This document shows, piece by piece, positions 11,490 through 23,802 of a stretch of DNA of 64,000 nt. Position numbers and translations under genes: made by a program. The notes under the pieces are model-generated. The model was not told the DNA's origin. It saw nothing but the letters and a program-made list of their open reading frames with translations, and ran no database searches. Position 1 is the first letter of the stretch. Each line of letters begins with the position of its first letter. This DNA is from Heterodontus francisci (Eukaryota), in the NCBI RefSeq assembly GCF_036365525.1, contig NC_090385.1, forward strand, positions 25,338,119-25,402,118, in the 5' to 3' direction.

Positions 11490-13985
11490 CAGTGCAGACT
11501 TCAATGCAAAACTGGGCATCCATGAGGCACTGTGGGCTATCAGCAGCAGCAGAATTGTACTCAACCACAATCTGTAATCTTATGGCCTGGTATATCCCCA
11601 ACTCTACCATTACCATCAAGCCAGGAGACCAACCCTGGTTCAATGAAGAGTGCCGGAGGGTATGCCAGGAGCAGTACCAGGCATACCTCAAAATGAGGTG
11701 TCAACATGGTGAAGCTACAACACAGAACTGTGTGCCAAACTGCGTAAGCAGCATGCGATAGACAGAGCTAAGCGATCCCATAACCAACGGATCAGATCTA
11801 AGCTCTGCAGTCTTGCCACATCCAGCCGTGAATGGTGGTGGACAATTAAACAACTAACTGGAGGAGGTGGCTCCACAAATATCCCCATCCTCAATGATGG
11901 GGGAGCCCGGCACATCAGTGCGAAACATAAGGCTGAAGCATTTGCAACAGTCTTCAGCCAGAAGTGCCGAGTTGATGATCCATCGCAGCCTCCTCCTGAA
12001 GTCCCCAACATCACAGATGCCAGACTTCAGCCAATTCGATTCACTCTGTGGGATATTAAGAAACGTCTGAAGGCACTGGATACTCCGAAAGCTATGGGCC
12101 CTGACAATATTCCGGCAATAGTACTGCTGACCTGTGCTCCAGAACTTGCCACGCCCCTAGCCAAGCTGTTCCAGTACAGCTACAACACTGGCATCTACCC
12201 TGCAATGTGGAAAATTGCCCAAATATGTCCTGGACACCAAAAGCAGGACAGGGGGCAGCACAGTGGCGCAGTGGTTAGCACCCCAGCCTCACAGCTCCAG
12301 CGACCCGGGTTCAATTCTGGGTACTGCCTGTGTGGAGTTTGCAAGTTCTCCCTGTGTCTGCGTGGGTTTCCTCTGGGTGCTCCGGTTTCCTCCCACATGC
12401 CAAAGACTTGCAGGTTGATAGGTTAATTGGCCATTATAAATTGCCCCTAGTATAGGTAGGTGGTAGGGAAATATAGGGACAGGTGGGGATGTGGTAGGAA
12501 TATGGGATTAGTGTAGGATTAGTATAAATGGGTGGTTGATGGTCGGCACAGACTCGGTGGGCCGAAGGGCCTGTTTCAGTGCTGTATCTCTAAAAAAAAA
12601 AGTCCAACCCGGCCAATTACTGCCCCATCAGCCTACTCTCAATCATCAGTAAAGTGATGGAAGATGTCATCAACAGTGCCATCAAGCGGCACTTGCTTAG
12701 CAATAACCTGCTCAGTGACGCTCAGTTTGGGTTCCGCCAGGGCCACTCAGCTCCTGACCTCATTACAGCCTTGGTTTAAACATGGGCAAAAGAGCTGAAC
12801 TCAAGGGGTGAGGTGAGAGTGACTGCCCTTAATATCAAGGCAGCATTTGACAGAGTATGGCATCAAGGAGCCCCAGCAAAACTGAGGTCAATGGGAATCA
12901 GGGGGAAAACCCTCTGCTGGCTGGAGTCATACTTAGCACAAAGGAAGATGGTTGTGGTTGTTGGAGGTCAATCACCTGAGCTTCAGGACATTACTGTAAG
13001 AGTTCCTCAGGGTAGTGTCCTAGGCCAAACCATCTTCAGCTGCTTCATCAATGATCTTCCTTCAATCATTAGGTCAGAAGTGGGGATGTTCGCTGATGAT
13101 TGCACAATGTTCAGCACCATTCGTGACTCCTCAGATACTGAAGCAGTCAGTGTAGAAATGCAGCAAGGCTTGGACAATATTCAGGTTCGGGCTGATAAGT
13201 GGCAAGTAACATTCACGCCACACAAGTACCAGGCAACGACCATCTCCAACAAGAGAGAATCTAACCATCTGCCCTTGATATTCAATGGCATTACCATTGC
13301 TGTATCTTCCACTATCAACATCCTAGGGGCCACCATTGACCAGAAACTGAACTGGAGTAGCCATATAAATACTGTGGCTACAATAGCAGGTCAGAGGCTA
13401 GGAATCCTGCGGAGAATAACTCACTTCCTGACTCCCCAAAGCCTGTCCACCATCTACAAGGCACAAGTCAGGAATGTGATGGAATACTCTCCTCTTGCCT
13501 GGATGGGTGCAGCTCCAACACTCAAGAAGCTCGACACCACCCAGGACAAAGCAGCCCACTTGATTGGCACCCCATCTACAAACATTCACTCTCTCCACCA
13601 CCGATGCACAGTGGCTACAGTGTGTGTCATATACAAGATGCATTGCAACAACTCAGCCAGGCTCCTTTGACAGCATCTTCCAAATCCGCAACCTCTACCA
13701 CCTACAAGGACAAGGGCAGCAGATGCATGGGAACACCACCACCTGCAAGTTCCCCTCCAAGTCACACACCATCCTGACTTAGAACTAGATCACCATTCTT
13801 TCGCTGTCGCTGCATCAAAATCCTGGAATTCCCTCCTTAACAGCACTGTGGGTGCACCTCCACCCCAAGAACTGTAACAGTTCAAGAAGGTAGCTCAACA
13901 CCACCATCTCAAGGGCAATTAGGGATGGGCAATAAATGCTGGTCTAGCCAGTGACACCCACATCCCCCGAATGAATAAAAATAAT
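11490..13985 (+). mobile_element. 5'-truncated CR1/L2-superclade LINE (Crack/Daphne-like) with RT relic
   Basis: ORF 12813-13670 has AAFDRVWH, VPQGSVLG, MFADDCT and MEYSPLAW. Upstream pieces include PWFNEEC and GPDNIP...CAPELA. 3' tail ...GGGCAATAAATGCTGG...GAATGAATAAAA. Confidence 0.85.
12252..12601 (+). mobile_element. HE1-type V-SINE inserted into a LINE
   Basis: Same SINE; splits the host LINE at KQD|KSNPANY. Confidence 0.9.
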
Positions 13986-14062
13986 TTAGGCAGAGATATC
14001 CAAATACAGAAGTTGGATCTTGCTAGGAATGCCAGATCATTACAACTGATCATCCCTGTGTT

Positions 14063-14151
14063 CCAATAAAAAGTCATTGACCTGAAATGTTAACTGTTTT
14101 GCTTTCCACAGATGCTGCCTGACCTGATTATTTGCAGCATTTTCTGTTATT
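14063..14151 (+). mobile_element. Short Penelope-like terminal fragment with degenerate hammerhead-like motif
   Basis: AAAGTCATTGACCTGAAATGTTAAC...CAGATGCTGCC..., flanked by ATCCC(T/A)GTGTT at 14052-14062 and 14152-14162. Confidence 0.6.
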
Positions 14152-14909
14152 ATCCCAGTGTTTATTTGATTATAGCCAGTTATCGTTCTGAAATTACTAG
14201 TCCTCCAAACACATCCCTAGACACTTACCACAGGGGTGTTCATAAAGCTCACAATTGCATTAAAATTTCACACCGCTGCCATGAAAAGATCAGACACATT
14301 GCCATCTGATTAAATTAAAATCTCCCACATGCCATTTATTTGCACAAGAAACACTAGTTTGCCAACTGATAAATATGGGAATAAATAAAAAAATGCTACT
14401 GGAAAATAAAGTTGAAAGCATGGCAAAGAAATAAAGATCAAAACGCAGTTTCAAAAAGTGCACTTTCATAAAGGCACATATCCCACATAAAATTTTGGGA
14501 ACTCGATATTCTACTCACCCAAAATACAGGAACAAAAATTTTCATTTCAAAGCATAAACATTAACCCATTTACACATTAAAAAACTTGCAACTGCACACT
14601 ACAGTCAACTTTACCATCAACAACTTAAACATCACTGACATTAAATTCAGTAATTTGATGCTTTGAAAACAAACCTCTCATGCATCCTGTCACATGCCTA
14701 CGGTGTAACCATGATATGGCAGTATCGGCAAAGCATAGATTTTGCCAGGCTAGGAGGTTTACAAACCTCCGAATGCACACAGTTGTCAACTGTACAGTTT
14801 TTTTTTAATGCATCACCTATATGCTCTTGTCAATTAAAACTGCCAGTCTATCTTTATCTATTCCTAGGAAGCATTATTATTGATGGTTATTTCCCCACAT
14901 TTACATACC

Positions 14910-15590
14910 CAGAGAGACTGGGGGTATATGTATATAAATCATTGAAGGTGGCAGGGCAGGTTGAGAAAGTGGTTAAAAAGACATACAAGATCCTGAGCTT
15001 TATAAATAGAGGCTGAGTGTAGAAAAGCAAGGAAATTATGAACTCAACTGGAGTAGTGTCTCCAATTCTGGGCACCACACTTTAGGAAGGATGTGAAGAC
15101 TTCAGAGAGGGTGCAGTAAAAATTCACAAGAATGGTTCCAAGGATGACGGACTTCAATTACATGGATAGATTGGATAAGCTGGGGTTATTCTCCTTCAAG
15201 ATGGTTGAGAAGATTTAATAGAGGTGTTCAAAATCATGAGGGGTCTGAACAGAGTAGAGAAGGAGAAACTGTTCCCATTGGCAGAAGGGTCAAGAACCAG
15301 AAGAAACCAATTTAAGGCGACTGGCAGAAGAACCAATGCAACACAAGGAAAAAACTTTTCTACCCAGCAAGGGGTTAGGATCCGGAATGCACTGCCTGAG
15401 AGTGTGATGGAGGAAGCTTCAATCATGGCTTTCAAAAGGGAAACGGTTAAGTATCTTGAGAAAATATTTGCAGGGCAACAGCGAGAGGGCGGGGGAAATG
15501 GTACTAGCTGCGTTGTACTTGCAGAGAGCAGGCACGGACAATGGGCTGAATGGCCTCCTTTTGTGCTGTAACTGTTTTATGATTCTACAT
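14910..15590 (+). mobile_element. CR1 LINE 3' fragment
   Basis: SLKVAGQVEKVVKK...SFINRG and VFKIMRGL.RVEKEKLFPL, then CR1 tail. Similar short CR1 3' pieces at ~7300-7555 (+), ~9545-9920 (-), ~21150-21435 (+) and ~28028-28740 (-). Confidence 0.8.
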
Positions 15591-15753
15591 CTTTCTACTC
15601 CTCCAGGATCATTCAAATCTTTTTCCACGATGACTAACCAGCCCTCAAACCTTATTCCCCCACTATTCCACCCTCTTTTCCAATACCAAGCATAAGGATC
15701 TGATGGACTATGTGTCTCCAAAACTGACACCATTGGTACCATTGGCACCATTG

Positions 15754-15896
15754 AGTCAGTTCCAAAGAAGGGTCACTGACCCGAAACGTTAACTCTGCTT
15801 CTCTTTCCACAGATGCTGCCAGACCTGCTGAGTGATTCCAGCATTTCTTGTTTTTGTTTCAGATTTCCAGCATCCGCAATATTTTGCTTTTATTAT
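15754..15896 (+). mobile_element. Short Penelope-like terminal fragment with hammerhead-like motif
   Basis: CAGTT-CCAAAGA-A-GGGTCACTGACCC-GAAACGTT-AACT, flanked by ACCATTGGTAC at 15729-15739 and 15897-15907. Confidence 0.7.
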
Positions 15897-16231
15897 ACCA
15901 TTGGTACAGCTGTTGGCCAATGTGTTTCTCTCCTCTCCCCCTATAACTCATTAGCCACGGCCTCAAGCCACTATACAATCAGCTAAATTCCATTCTCTCC
16001 CTCAACACTCCACAAGCTCATGCTTTCCACAAAATTGATCTTCTGCTTTCTCAATCCTATCCCCACCCAACTCCAGACAACTCAGGTACTTTTCCCAGTC
16101 ACTCCCTATGCCGGTATTGTTTACAGTCTCCTTTTGCTCAGGCACTTTGCCTCTCCTTTTCAAAGCTGCCATTATTAACCCCCTCTTCAAAATGACTGCC
16201 TTTAACTTCTCTCCAAACACTGGCTAATCTC

Positions 16232-16352
16232 TAAAATAAAAGTAAAATACTGCGGATGCTGGATGAAAGGTCACTGACCTGAAATGTTAACTCTGTTTCT
16301 CTCTCCACAGATGCTGCCAGACCTGCTGCCTATTTCCAGCACTATTTTTATT
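16232..16352 (+). mobile_element. Short Penelope-like fragment with inverted 5' piece
   Basis: Antisense tail piece joined to GATGA-A-AGGTCACTGACCT-GAAATGTT-AACT. 13-bp TSD ACTGGCTAATCTC at 16219-16231 and 16353-16365. Confidence 0.7.
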
Positions 16353-16934
16353 ACTGGCTAATCTCGAACCTCCATCCCTTAAATGTGCTATCAACCTCTC
16401 AGCCCTGTGCCTACCTCTCAATGCTCTATTTAAATTCCTTGTCCTGCTCAAAATCATCAACAATACCTTCTATGACTGTGACCAAGTGCATTATCTCCTT
16501 TTGTTCTCAACCTTTCTACAGTGTTCACAGTTCACCATGCCACCCTCCTCCTCTGCCTCTCATCCATGGTCCAGCTCTATCAGTCTGCCATTACATAGTT
16601 CCACTCCTACCTGCCCAATTCAACTAGCATATTTCCAGCAACAGCTTCTCCTCTTGCCACCCAAGTCGCCTTCTCCAAAGATCAATCTATGGCAGAAATC
16701 AATGGCCAAGTTGATCTATGCAGTTGATGAGCTACTAACTTCCAAGTCATGGGTTTAACGAAATTTACATTTTATCAAAAAAACACTGCACATTTTCATA
16801 GCACGATATACATGGAATGCTATTCCCCTGCATCATGGTGTACAAAAGCCAAGAAATTTTCCTTCATACAGTTCCAATATATAATATTACACCATACAAG
16901 AAAACACAAACAGCAGGTTAGATTTAAATGTTTT

Positions 16935-17360
16935 AAAAAAAGACTTGCATTTATACAGCATCTTTCAAAAGAAGTGCTTTCAAGCCAATTAATTACTTTT
17001 GAAGTACAGGCACGGTTGTAATGTAGGAAACACAACAGCCAATTTGCCCACCATGCAGTAGTGATAACAACCAGATAATATGTTTTGGCAATATTGATTG
17101 AGGGATAAATATTGGCCAGGACAATGGGAATCTTCCCTACTTTTGTTCAAAATAATGCCATGGGATCTTTTACGACCATCTCAGAGAGAAGACAGGGCCC
17201 TCGATTTAATGTTTTATCTGAAAGATGGCACCTCCAACAGTGCAACACTCCCTCAGTATTACACTGGATTGTCAGTCTTGCTTTTTGTGCTCAAGTGAGA
17301 CTTGAACCCACAACCTTCTGACTCAAAGGCAAGCGTGCTACCAACTGAGCTGCGGCTAAC
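16935..17360 (-). mobile_element. DeuSINE-like SINE
   Basis: Reverse complement of the 10620-11055 family. Partial copies also at ~38420-38625 and ~46545-46670. Confidence 0.65.
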
Positions 17361-17794
17361 CTATACATTTTTACCTAAACTTAGCAAAATTGTCCAGGCT
17401 TTATGAATGACCGCTGGCACCTGAATTTCTCAATTACAGTATTACAGCTCACCCAAAGGTACTCATTAGTCAAGATATATTCCATCTTCACACAGTTAAG
17501 TGTTGTTCAAACCAAAATACCCATATTACATCTCTAATATGTAGGTGGAAATTTATGACAAATAGAAATTATTTCTTTGCACACTTGAAACAAATTCATT
17601 AACCTTCTGAGAACAGGACACTGCACTGCTTTTAGCTGGCAGCTTACCTCACAAATCTAAATTCCAAAACATGAACCCAGCCATAAATTCCACACAGTGA
17701 CAATGAATAGCGTCCCAGTCAGCACCCTCATGGCTCAGTAATTTAATGTGAACAACTAAGCCGTGTGTGGAGCCGGAGGACATAGGTTAGGCTT

Positions 17795-18262
17795 TAAATG
17801 ATTACTTTTCATCTGTGTTCACTATGGAGAAGGACGAAGTAGGTGTGGAGATCAGGGAGGGGGATTGTGATATACTCGAACATATTAGCATTGAAAGGGA
17901 GGAAGTATTAGCTGTTTCAGCAGGCTTAAAAGTAGATAAATCCCCAGACCCAGATGAGATGTATCCCAGGCTGTTATGTGAGGCAAGGGAGGAGATAGCA
18001 GGCACTCTGACACAAATTTTCAAATCCTCTCTGGCCACAGGAGAGGTACCAGAGAACTGGAGGACAGGGGACAGCAAATGTGGTGCCATTATTCAAGAAT
18101 GGAATTTAATCCTGAGAAGTGTGAGGTAATGCACTTTGGGGAGGACTAACAGGGCAAGGGAATATACAATGGTTGGTAGGACCCTATGGAAGTACAGAGG
18201 GACCTTGGTGTACTTGTCCATAGATCAATTAAGGCGGCAGCACAGGTAGATAAGGTGGCTAA
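17795..18262 (+). mobile_element. CR1 LINE internal fragment
   Basis: LKVDKSPDPDEMYPRLL.EAREEIAG.L..IFKSSLATGEVPENWRT. Confidence 0.8.
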
Positions 18263-18296
18263 AGATGTATTTATTTTAATTCAATTTACTTCTAAA

Positions 18297-20621
18297 AACT
18301 CTGGACAAGCTGACAAAGGCCGTCGAGTCCTTCGAGACGAGTAAAGATCCCGGAAACGACGGCTTACCGGTCGAGTTGCACTCGGCCCTGTGGGACTGGG
18401 TCGGTCCGGACCTGCTGGAAGTAAACAAGAGTATGCCCCTGGCCGGCAGCATGTCAGAATCCATGAGGAAAGGCATCATCACCCTCATCTACAAGCGGAA
18501 GGGGGAAGAGGGCAGAAATCAGAAATTGGCGGCCCATCTCACTGCTTAATGTTGACTACAAGATTCTGTCCAAAGTCATAGCCAGTCAAGTCAAGTCTGC
18601 TCTGGAGTCGGTGATCCACCTTGATCAGACCTGTACTGTACCCGGCAGGAAGATCTCCGATAGTCTCGCGCTACTCAGGGATACAATCACCTATGTGCGG
18701 GACAGGAGGGTGGACACTTGCCTCATCAGCCTGGACCAGGAGAAGGCTTTTGACAGGATATCGCACACCTACATGATGGACGTGCTTTCCAAAATGGGGT
18801 TTGGGGAGGGAATCTGCAACTGGATCAAACTGCTCCACACAAACATCAGTAGCGCAGTCTCAATCAATGGGTGGGAATCAGAAAGTTTCCCGATCCAATC
18901 TGGAGTCAGACAGGGCTGTCCTCTCTCCCCAGCCTTGTTTGTTTGCTGTATTGAACCCTTTGCTGAGTCTATTAAGAAGGATGCGAGCATAAGAGGGGTG
19001 ACACTCAGGTCAAAACCTCCCTGTACATGGACGACGTCGCCGTCTTCTGCTTGGATCCGCTGTCCGTGCACAGACTGATGAGCATCTGCGACCAGTTCGA
19101 ACTGGCCTCGGGAGCCAAAGTTAACCACGGCAAGAGTGAGGCTATGTTCTTTGGGAACTGGGCTGACCGATCCTTTGTCCCCTTCACCATCAGGTCAGAC
19201 TACCTGAAGGTGCTGGGGATATGGTTCGGAAGGGCCGGGGCGTGCACCAAAACCTGGGAGGAGCGAGTAGCCAAGGTACAGCACAACTGAGAATGTGGGG
19301 GCAGCGATCTCTCTCCATTGTGGGTAAGAACCTGGTCATCAGGTGCGAGGCGCTCACGTTGTTGCTGTACCTGGCGCAGGTCTGGCCCGTACCCCACTCC
19401 TGCGCTGTGGCAGTCACCCAAACCATTTTTCACTTCATCTGGGGATCCAAAATGGACCGGGTCTGGAGGGACACGATGTTCAAACCTCTGGATAAGGGCA
19501 GGAAAAATGTACCCAACGTGGCCCTCATCCTGATGACCACCTTCGTGTGCGGCTGCATCAAGCTGTGTGTAGACCTCCAGTACGCAAACTCCAAGTATCA
19601 CTATGTGCTGAGGTTCTATCTGTCCCCGGTGTTGCGAAGGATGGGCCTGGCCAGATTGCCGCAGAACGCTCCATGCAGTTGGACCGTGCCGTACCATCTA
19701 GCCTTCGTGGAGCAGTTTCTGCAGGAAAGCACCTCTGACCACCGATCCATCAGGCAGTGGTCTGCACGGAATGTCCTCAAGGCCCTACGGGGAAAGGAGA
19801 CGGTGGATCCTGTCGGATGGTTCCCCGAGCAGACCGCCAAAGTCATTTGGCGGAATGCCTCATCACCAGAACTTTCAAACAGGCACCAAGATGCAGCTTG
19901 GCTGGTGGTGAGAAGAGCCCTCCCCATCAGATCCTTCCTGCACGCCCGAAGTCTCGCCCCCTCCGCACAATGCCCCCGTGGTGGCTGTGATGGGGAAGAG
20001 ACGGTTGCCCACCTCCTCCTGGAATGTGTCTTTGCAAAGCAGGTGTGGAAAGAGATGCAGTGATTTTTGTCGAGGTTCATCCCAAGCAACTCTGTAACAC
20101 AGGAGTCTGTGCTCTACGGGCTGTTTCCAGGGACGCACACCGAGATAAACATCAACTGCTGCTGGAGGACTATCAATTCGGTGAAAGACGCCCTTTGGTC
20201 TGCCCGAAACTTACTGGTCTTCCAGCGCAAAGAGATGTCCACGACTGAATGTTGCAGACTGGCACATTCCAAGGTCCAGGACTACGTGCTGAGGGACGCA
20301 CTAAAGCTTGAGGCAGCCGCAGCAAAGGCTCAATGGGGAAAGACCACTGTGTAAGGTCCCCCCACCAAGCTGAACTGAGGGGCTGGATCCATGGGAAACC
20401 CCTCGAACTGTATTGGGAAATTTTTCATTTGCTGTAAAATGTAAAAATGCATCTGGCACGACAATGAAATGGAAGGGTTGTGAGGCAACTCATGATTGTA
20501 TAGAAGGAAACTGACTGCCTTTGCACTGTTTGTATTTTTTGACTTGGTGCTGTTTTAAACGGTTTGGTAATGTGTTTTTACAGATTTTTTTGAATAAAGT
20601 ATATTTTGGAAATTTAAAAAA
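18297..20621 (+). mobile_element. 5'-truncated Tx1/L1-clade non-LTR retrotransposon (ORF2 frameshifted)
   Basis: RT motifs LDQEKAFDR, GVRQGCPLSP and YMDDV; C-terminal CPRGGCDGEETVAHLLLEC knuckle. AATAAA at 20593 and A-rich tail. 9-bp TSD ACTTCTAAA at 18288-18296 and 20622-20630. Confidence 0.88.
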
Positions 20622-20637
20622 ACTTCTAAATATTTAA

Positions 20638-20973
20638 AAGTAAAATACTGCGGATGCTGGAAATCTGAAATAAAAACAAGAAATGCTGGAACCACTCAGC
20701 AGGTCTGGCAGCATCTGTGGAAAGAGAAGCAGAGTTAACGTTTCGGGTCAGTGACCCTTCTTTGGAATTGACAAATATTAGAAATGTCACAGGTTATAAG
20801 CAGGTGAGGTGGGGGTGGGGCAAGAGCCCACCCCCACCTCACCTGCTTATAATCTGTGACATTTCTAATATGTCAGTTCCGAACAAGGGTCACTGACCCG
20901 AAACGTTAACTCTGCTTCTCTTTCCACAGATGCTGCCAGATCTGCTGAGTGGTTCCAGCATTTCTTGTTTTTA
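20638..20973. mobile_element. Palindromic Penelope-like insertion with two hammerhead-like motifs
   Basis: ~150-bp inverted arms (20669-~20819 and ~20827-20975). 14-bp direct repeat TTCTAAATATTTAA at 20624-20637 and 20974-20987. Confidence 0.75.
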
Positions 20974-21790
20974 TTCTAAATATTTAAGTTAACCGGGAGA
21001 CCTTTAAAAATGGCTTCACAGCCTGCACACAGGCAGCTGTGCCATTGCCTGAGACAGACAGCCCACCTCCTCCACATGATCAGTGGGCAGCCCACCCTGC
21101 AGATGCAAATGAGTTGCCACACACAAGATTCGGGGAGAGACCAAGACTAGGGGATAGTTTAAAAATAAGGAGTCTCCTATTTAAGATAGAGATTAGGAGA
21201 ACTTTTTTCTCTTAGAGGGTCGCAAGTCTGTGGAACTCTCTTCCCTGGAGAGCAGTGAAGGCAGGGTCATTAAAGGTTTAAGGCAGAGGGAGACAGATTC
21301 TTGACAAAGAAGTCTAAGGATATCAAAGGTAGGGAGGAAAGTGGAGTTGAGTCCAAAATCAAATCAGCCATGATCTTACAGAATCATAGAGCAGGCTCGA
21401 GGGGCCAAATAGCCTACCCCGCTTCTAGTTCGTAAATTATCTTGATGCTTTGATAAATATGAACACGCTGTAAATTTCCACCTCCTTTGCCTTTCAATGG
21501 AAATTCCCAACCTCATCAAGGGAGGAGTCTGCTGGACAGAAACATGACTGAGAGCACATAGACAAGTCTGAAAGTAACTTTCACACGGCAGTCAGTGTCT
21601 CCGGATAATGAAGGCACAGGTATTAAGCTGGAGCTGCCCGTGCCCAGAGGGAAGTGGGGGGCCGGTGCTGGACACTGGGAGGGAGAGAGAGAGAGATTGC
21701 TGCTAAGCGGGGCCCGGGCCGACTCGCCACTCACTCAAAGACTGACCTTCCCTCACTCTCGCCCAACGTCCCCATTTCAAGGTCACTCAC

Positions 21791-21922
21791 CTTACGGTGT
21801 TTGTCAGCGCGATGCCTGGAGTTCATCAGGATATGGGCCGAACTAGCAGGCTGCAGGAAGAAGGCAAGCCGGCGCCTCTGCAGATGAAGCCGACAACTCA
21901 CAGAAAGCAAGAGCGCCGCCAT
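21791..21922 (-). CDS. ABCB7: ABCB7 coding exon 1 (mitochondrial ABC transporter, presequence region)
   Basis: AAG-ATG-GCG start. Encodes MAALLLSVSCRLHLQRRRLAFFLQPASSAHILMNSRHRADKHRK, Arg-rich and acid-poor like a mitochondrial presequence. Ends at a phase-0 AAG|GTGAGT donor in a CpG-richer patch. Head-to-head with UPRT as in other vertebrates. Confidence 0.8.
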
Positions 21923-22020
21923 CTTCACCCCGCCCCACGGTATTGTGGGAGCTCCAGAATCACGTAACCGGATCACAATGACGTCAGCCCTTCCACCCAA
22001 ATACTGTCCCAGGAGTGCAG
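21915..22020 (-). promoter_or_regulatory. ABCB7 proximal promoter/5' region: YY1-type motif, GC box, CRE
   Basis: GCCGCCATCTT (YY1 consensus) at 21915-21925 overlapping the ATG, CCCCGCCCC at 21928-21936, and a perfect TGACGTCA CRE/ATF palindrome at 21979-21986. Confidence 0.6.
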
Positions 22021-22985
22021 CAAATATACTAATAACACTCAGTGTTATTACTGCCTGCAATAATATTCAACATTATTACTGCCTACAATAATAGCATTAT
22101 CACCGCCTGCAGTAATGTTCAGTATAATTACTGCATGCAATAGTAGCATTATCACTGCTTGCAATAACACTCAGCATTATTACTACCTGAGCAATACTCA
22201 GCAGGATTAATGCCTTCAACAACAGTCAAAGCTATTACTCTCTGCAACAATACTCAGCATTATCACAGCTTGCAACAATACTCAGCATTATTACTTCCAG
22301 TCATGCTCATCATTATTACTGCCCGCAACGATACTCAGCATTACCACCGTCTGCAATAATAGTCAGCATTATTACTTGCTGCAACAATACACAGCATTAT
22401 TACTGCGTGCAATAATTCTTGCCATTATTACTCTATGTAATAATACATGGCATCATTACTTCCTGCAATAATATTTGCCATCATTACTGCCTGCAATAAT
22501 AGCTGGCATCATTACTCTCTGCAATAATACTCAGCATTTTCACACTCCAAAACAATGCTTGGCATCATAACTGCCTACATAAATACTCAGCATTATTATT
22601 CTCTGAAATAATACTCAGTATTATTACTGCTTGCAACATGCTCAGCATTATTACTCTCTCCAATAAGACTCAGACCATTATTAGAGTCTGCAACAATACT
22701 TGGAGAATTGTTATTGTATGCAATAATACCCTGAGCAATATTACTGTCTGCAACAATATGCAGAGCAATATCACTGTCTGCAATAATATTCAGAGCCATA
22801 TTACTGTCTGCAATAATACACTGAGTAAAATTACTGTCTGCAATAATATTGGGAGCATTATTACTCTCTTCAATAATACTCGGAGTATTATTACTGTGTG
22901 CAATAGTACTCGAAGCAATATACTGTCCACAATAATACTTGGAGCAATATTACTGCATTCAATAATATTCGGAGCAATACCACTG

Positions 22986-23420
22986 ACTGGAATTTAACGT
23001 TGAGGCAATAGCCCCGCCCACTGACTGAAAAGTCAGAGGCGAGCCTGCCTCTGCTAGGCCTGGAAGCCACGCTGTTATTTTGGCCAGGATTTTATGTGGC
23101 CCCCTGAGGTGGGGATGGAGGCGGGGGGCATAGAATATTGTGATGGGTGGTGGGGATCATGGGTGGAGGGCCCGTCACCTCTCCATCACCAAGCGATCTT
23201 CCCGGGGAATGGATAGGCCGCCGATGGCCTTCCCACCCAAAGGCCAATTGAGGCCCTTAAATGGCCTATTAACAGCCAATTAAGGGCCTCTTCCTGTTGC
23301 ATGGGGCCTTACCAGTGATGGGGGTGGGAGGACACCTTGTAATATGAGGCGTTATCCCTTTGGGCTTGTGGGGCGGGGTGCGGTACCCCTCCTCTATGGG
23401 CAATCTGTGGCTTCTGAGGG
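22986..23420. mobile_element. Harbinger-type non-autonomous element fragment
   Basis: Starts (G)ACTGGAATTT and shares GGCCAATTGAGGCCCTTAA...AAGGGCCTC with 26614-28026 and 61439-61710. Confidence 0.55.
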
Positions 23421-23454
23421 TATTATTATCTGCAATAATACTCAATGCAATATT

Positions 23455-23802
23455 CCTTCTTTGGCCTCCTTATCTCGAGAGACAATGGATACGCGCCTGG
23501 AGGTGGTCAGTGGTTTGTGAAGCAGCGCCTGGAGTGGCTATAAAGGCCAATTCTAGAGTGACAGGCTCTTCCACAGGTGCTGCAGAGAAATTTGTTTGTC
23601 GGGGCTGTTACACAGTTGGCTCTCCCCTTGCGCCTCTGTCTTTTTTCCTGCCAACTACTAAGTCTCTTCGACTCGCCACACTTTAGCCCCGTCTTTATGG
23701 CTGCCCGACAGCTCTGGCGAACGCTGGCAACTGACTCCCACGACTTGTGATCAATGTCACAGGATTTCATGTCCCGTTTGCAGACGTCTTTAAAGCGGAG
23801 AC
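23455..23802 (-). mobile_element. RTE-clade LINE 3' fragment inserted into the minisatellite
   Basis: ORF end ...CSTCGRACHSRIGLYSHSRRCFTNH and GAA-type tail. Confidence 0.85.
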
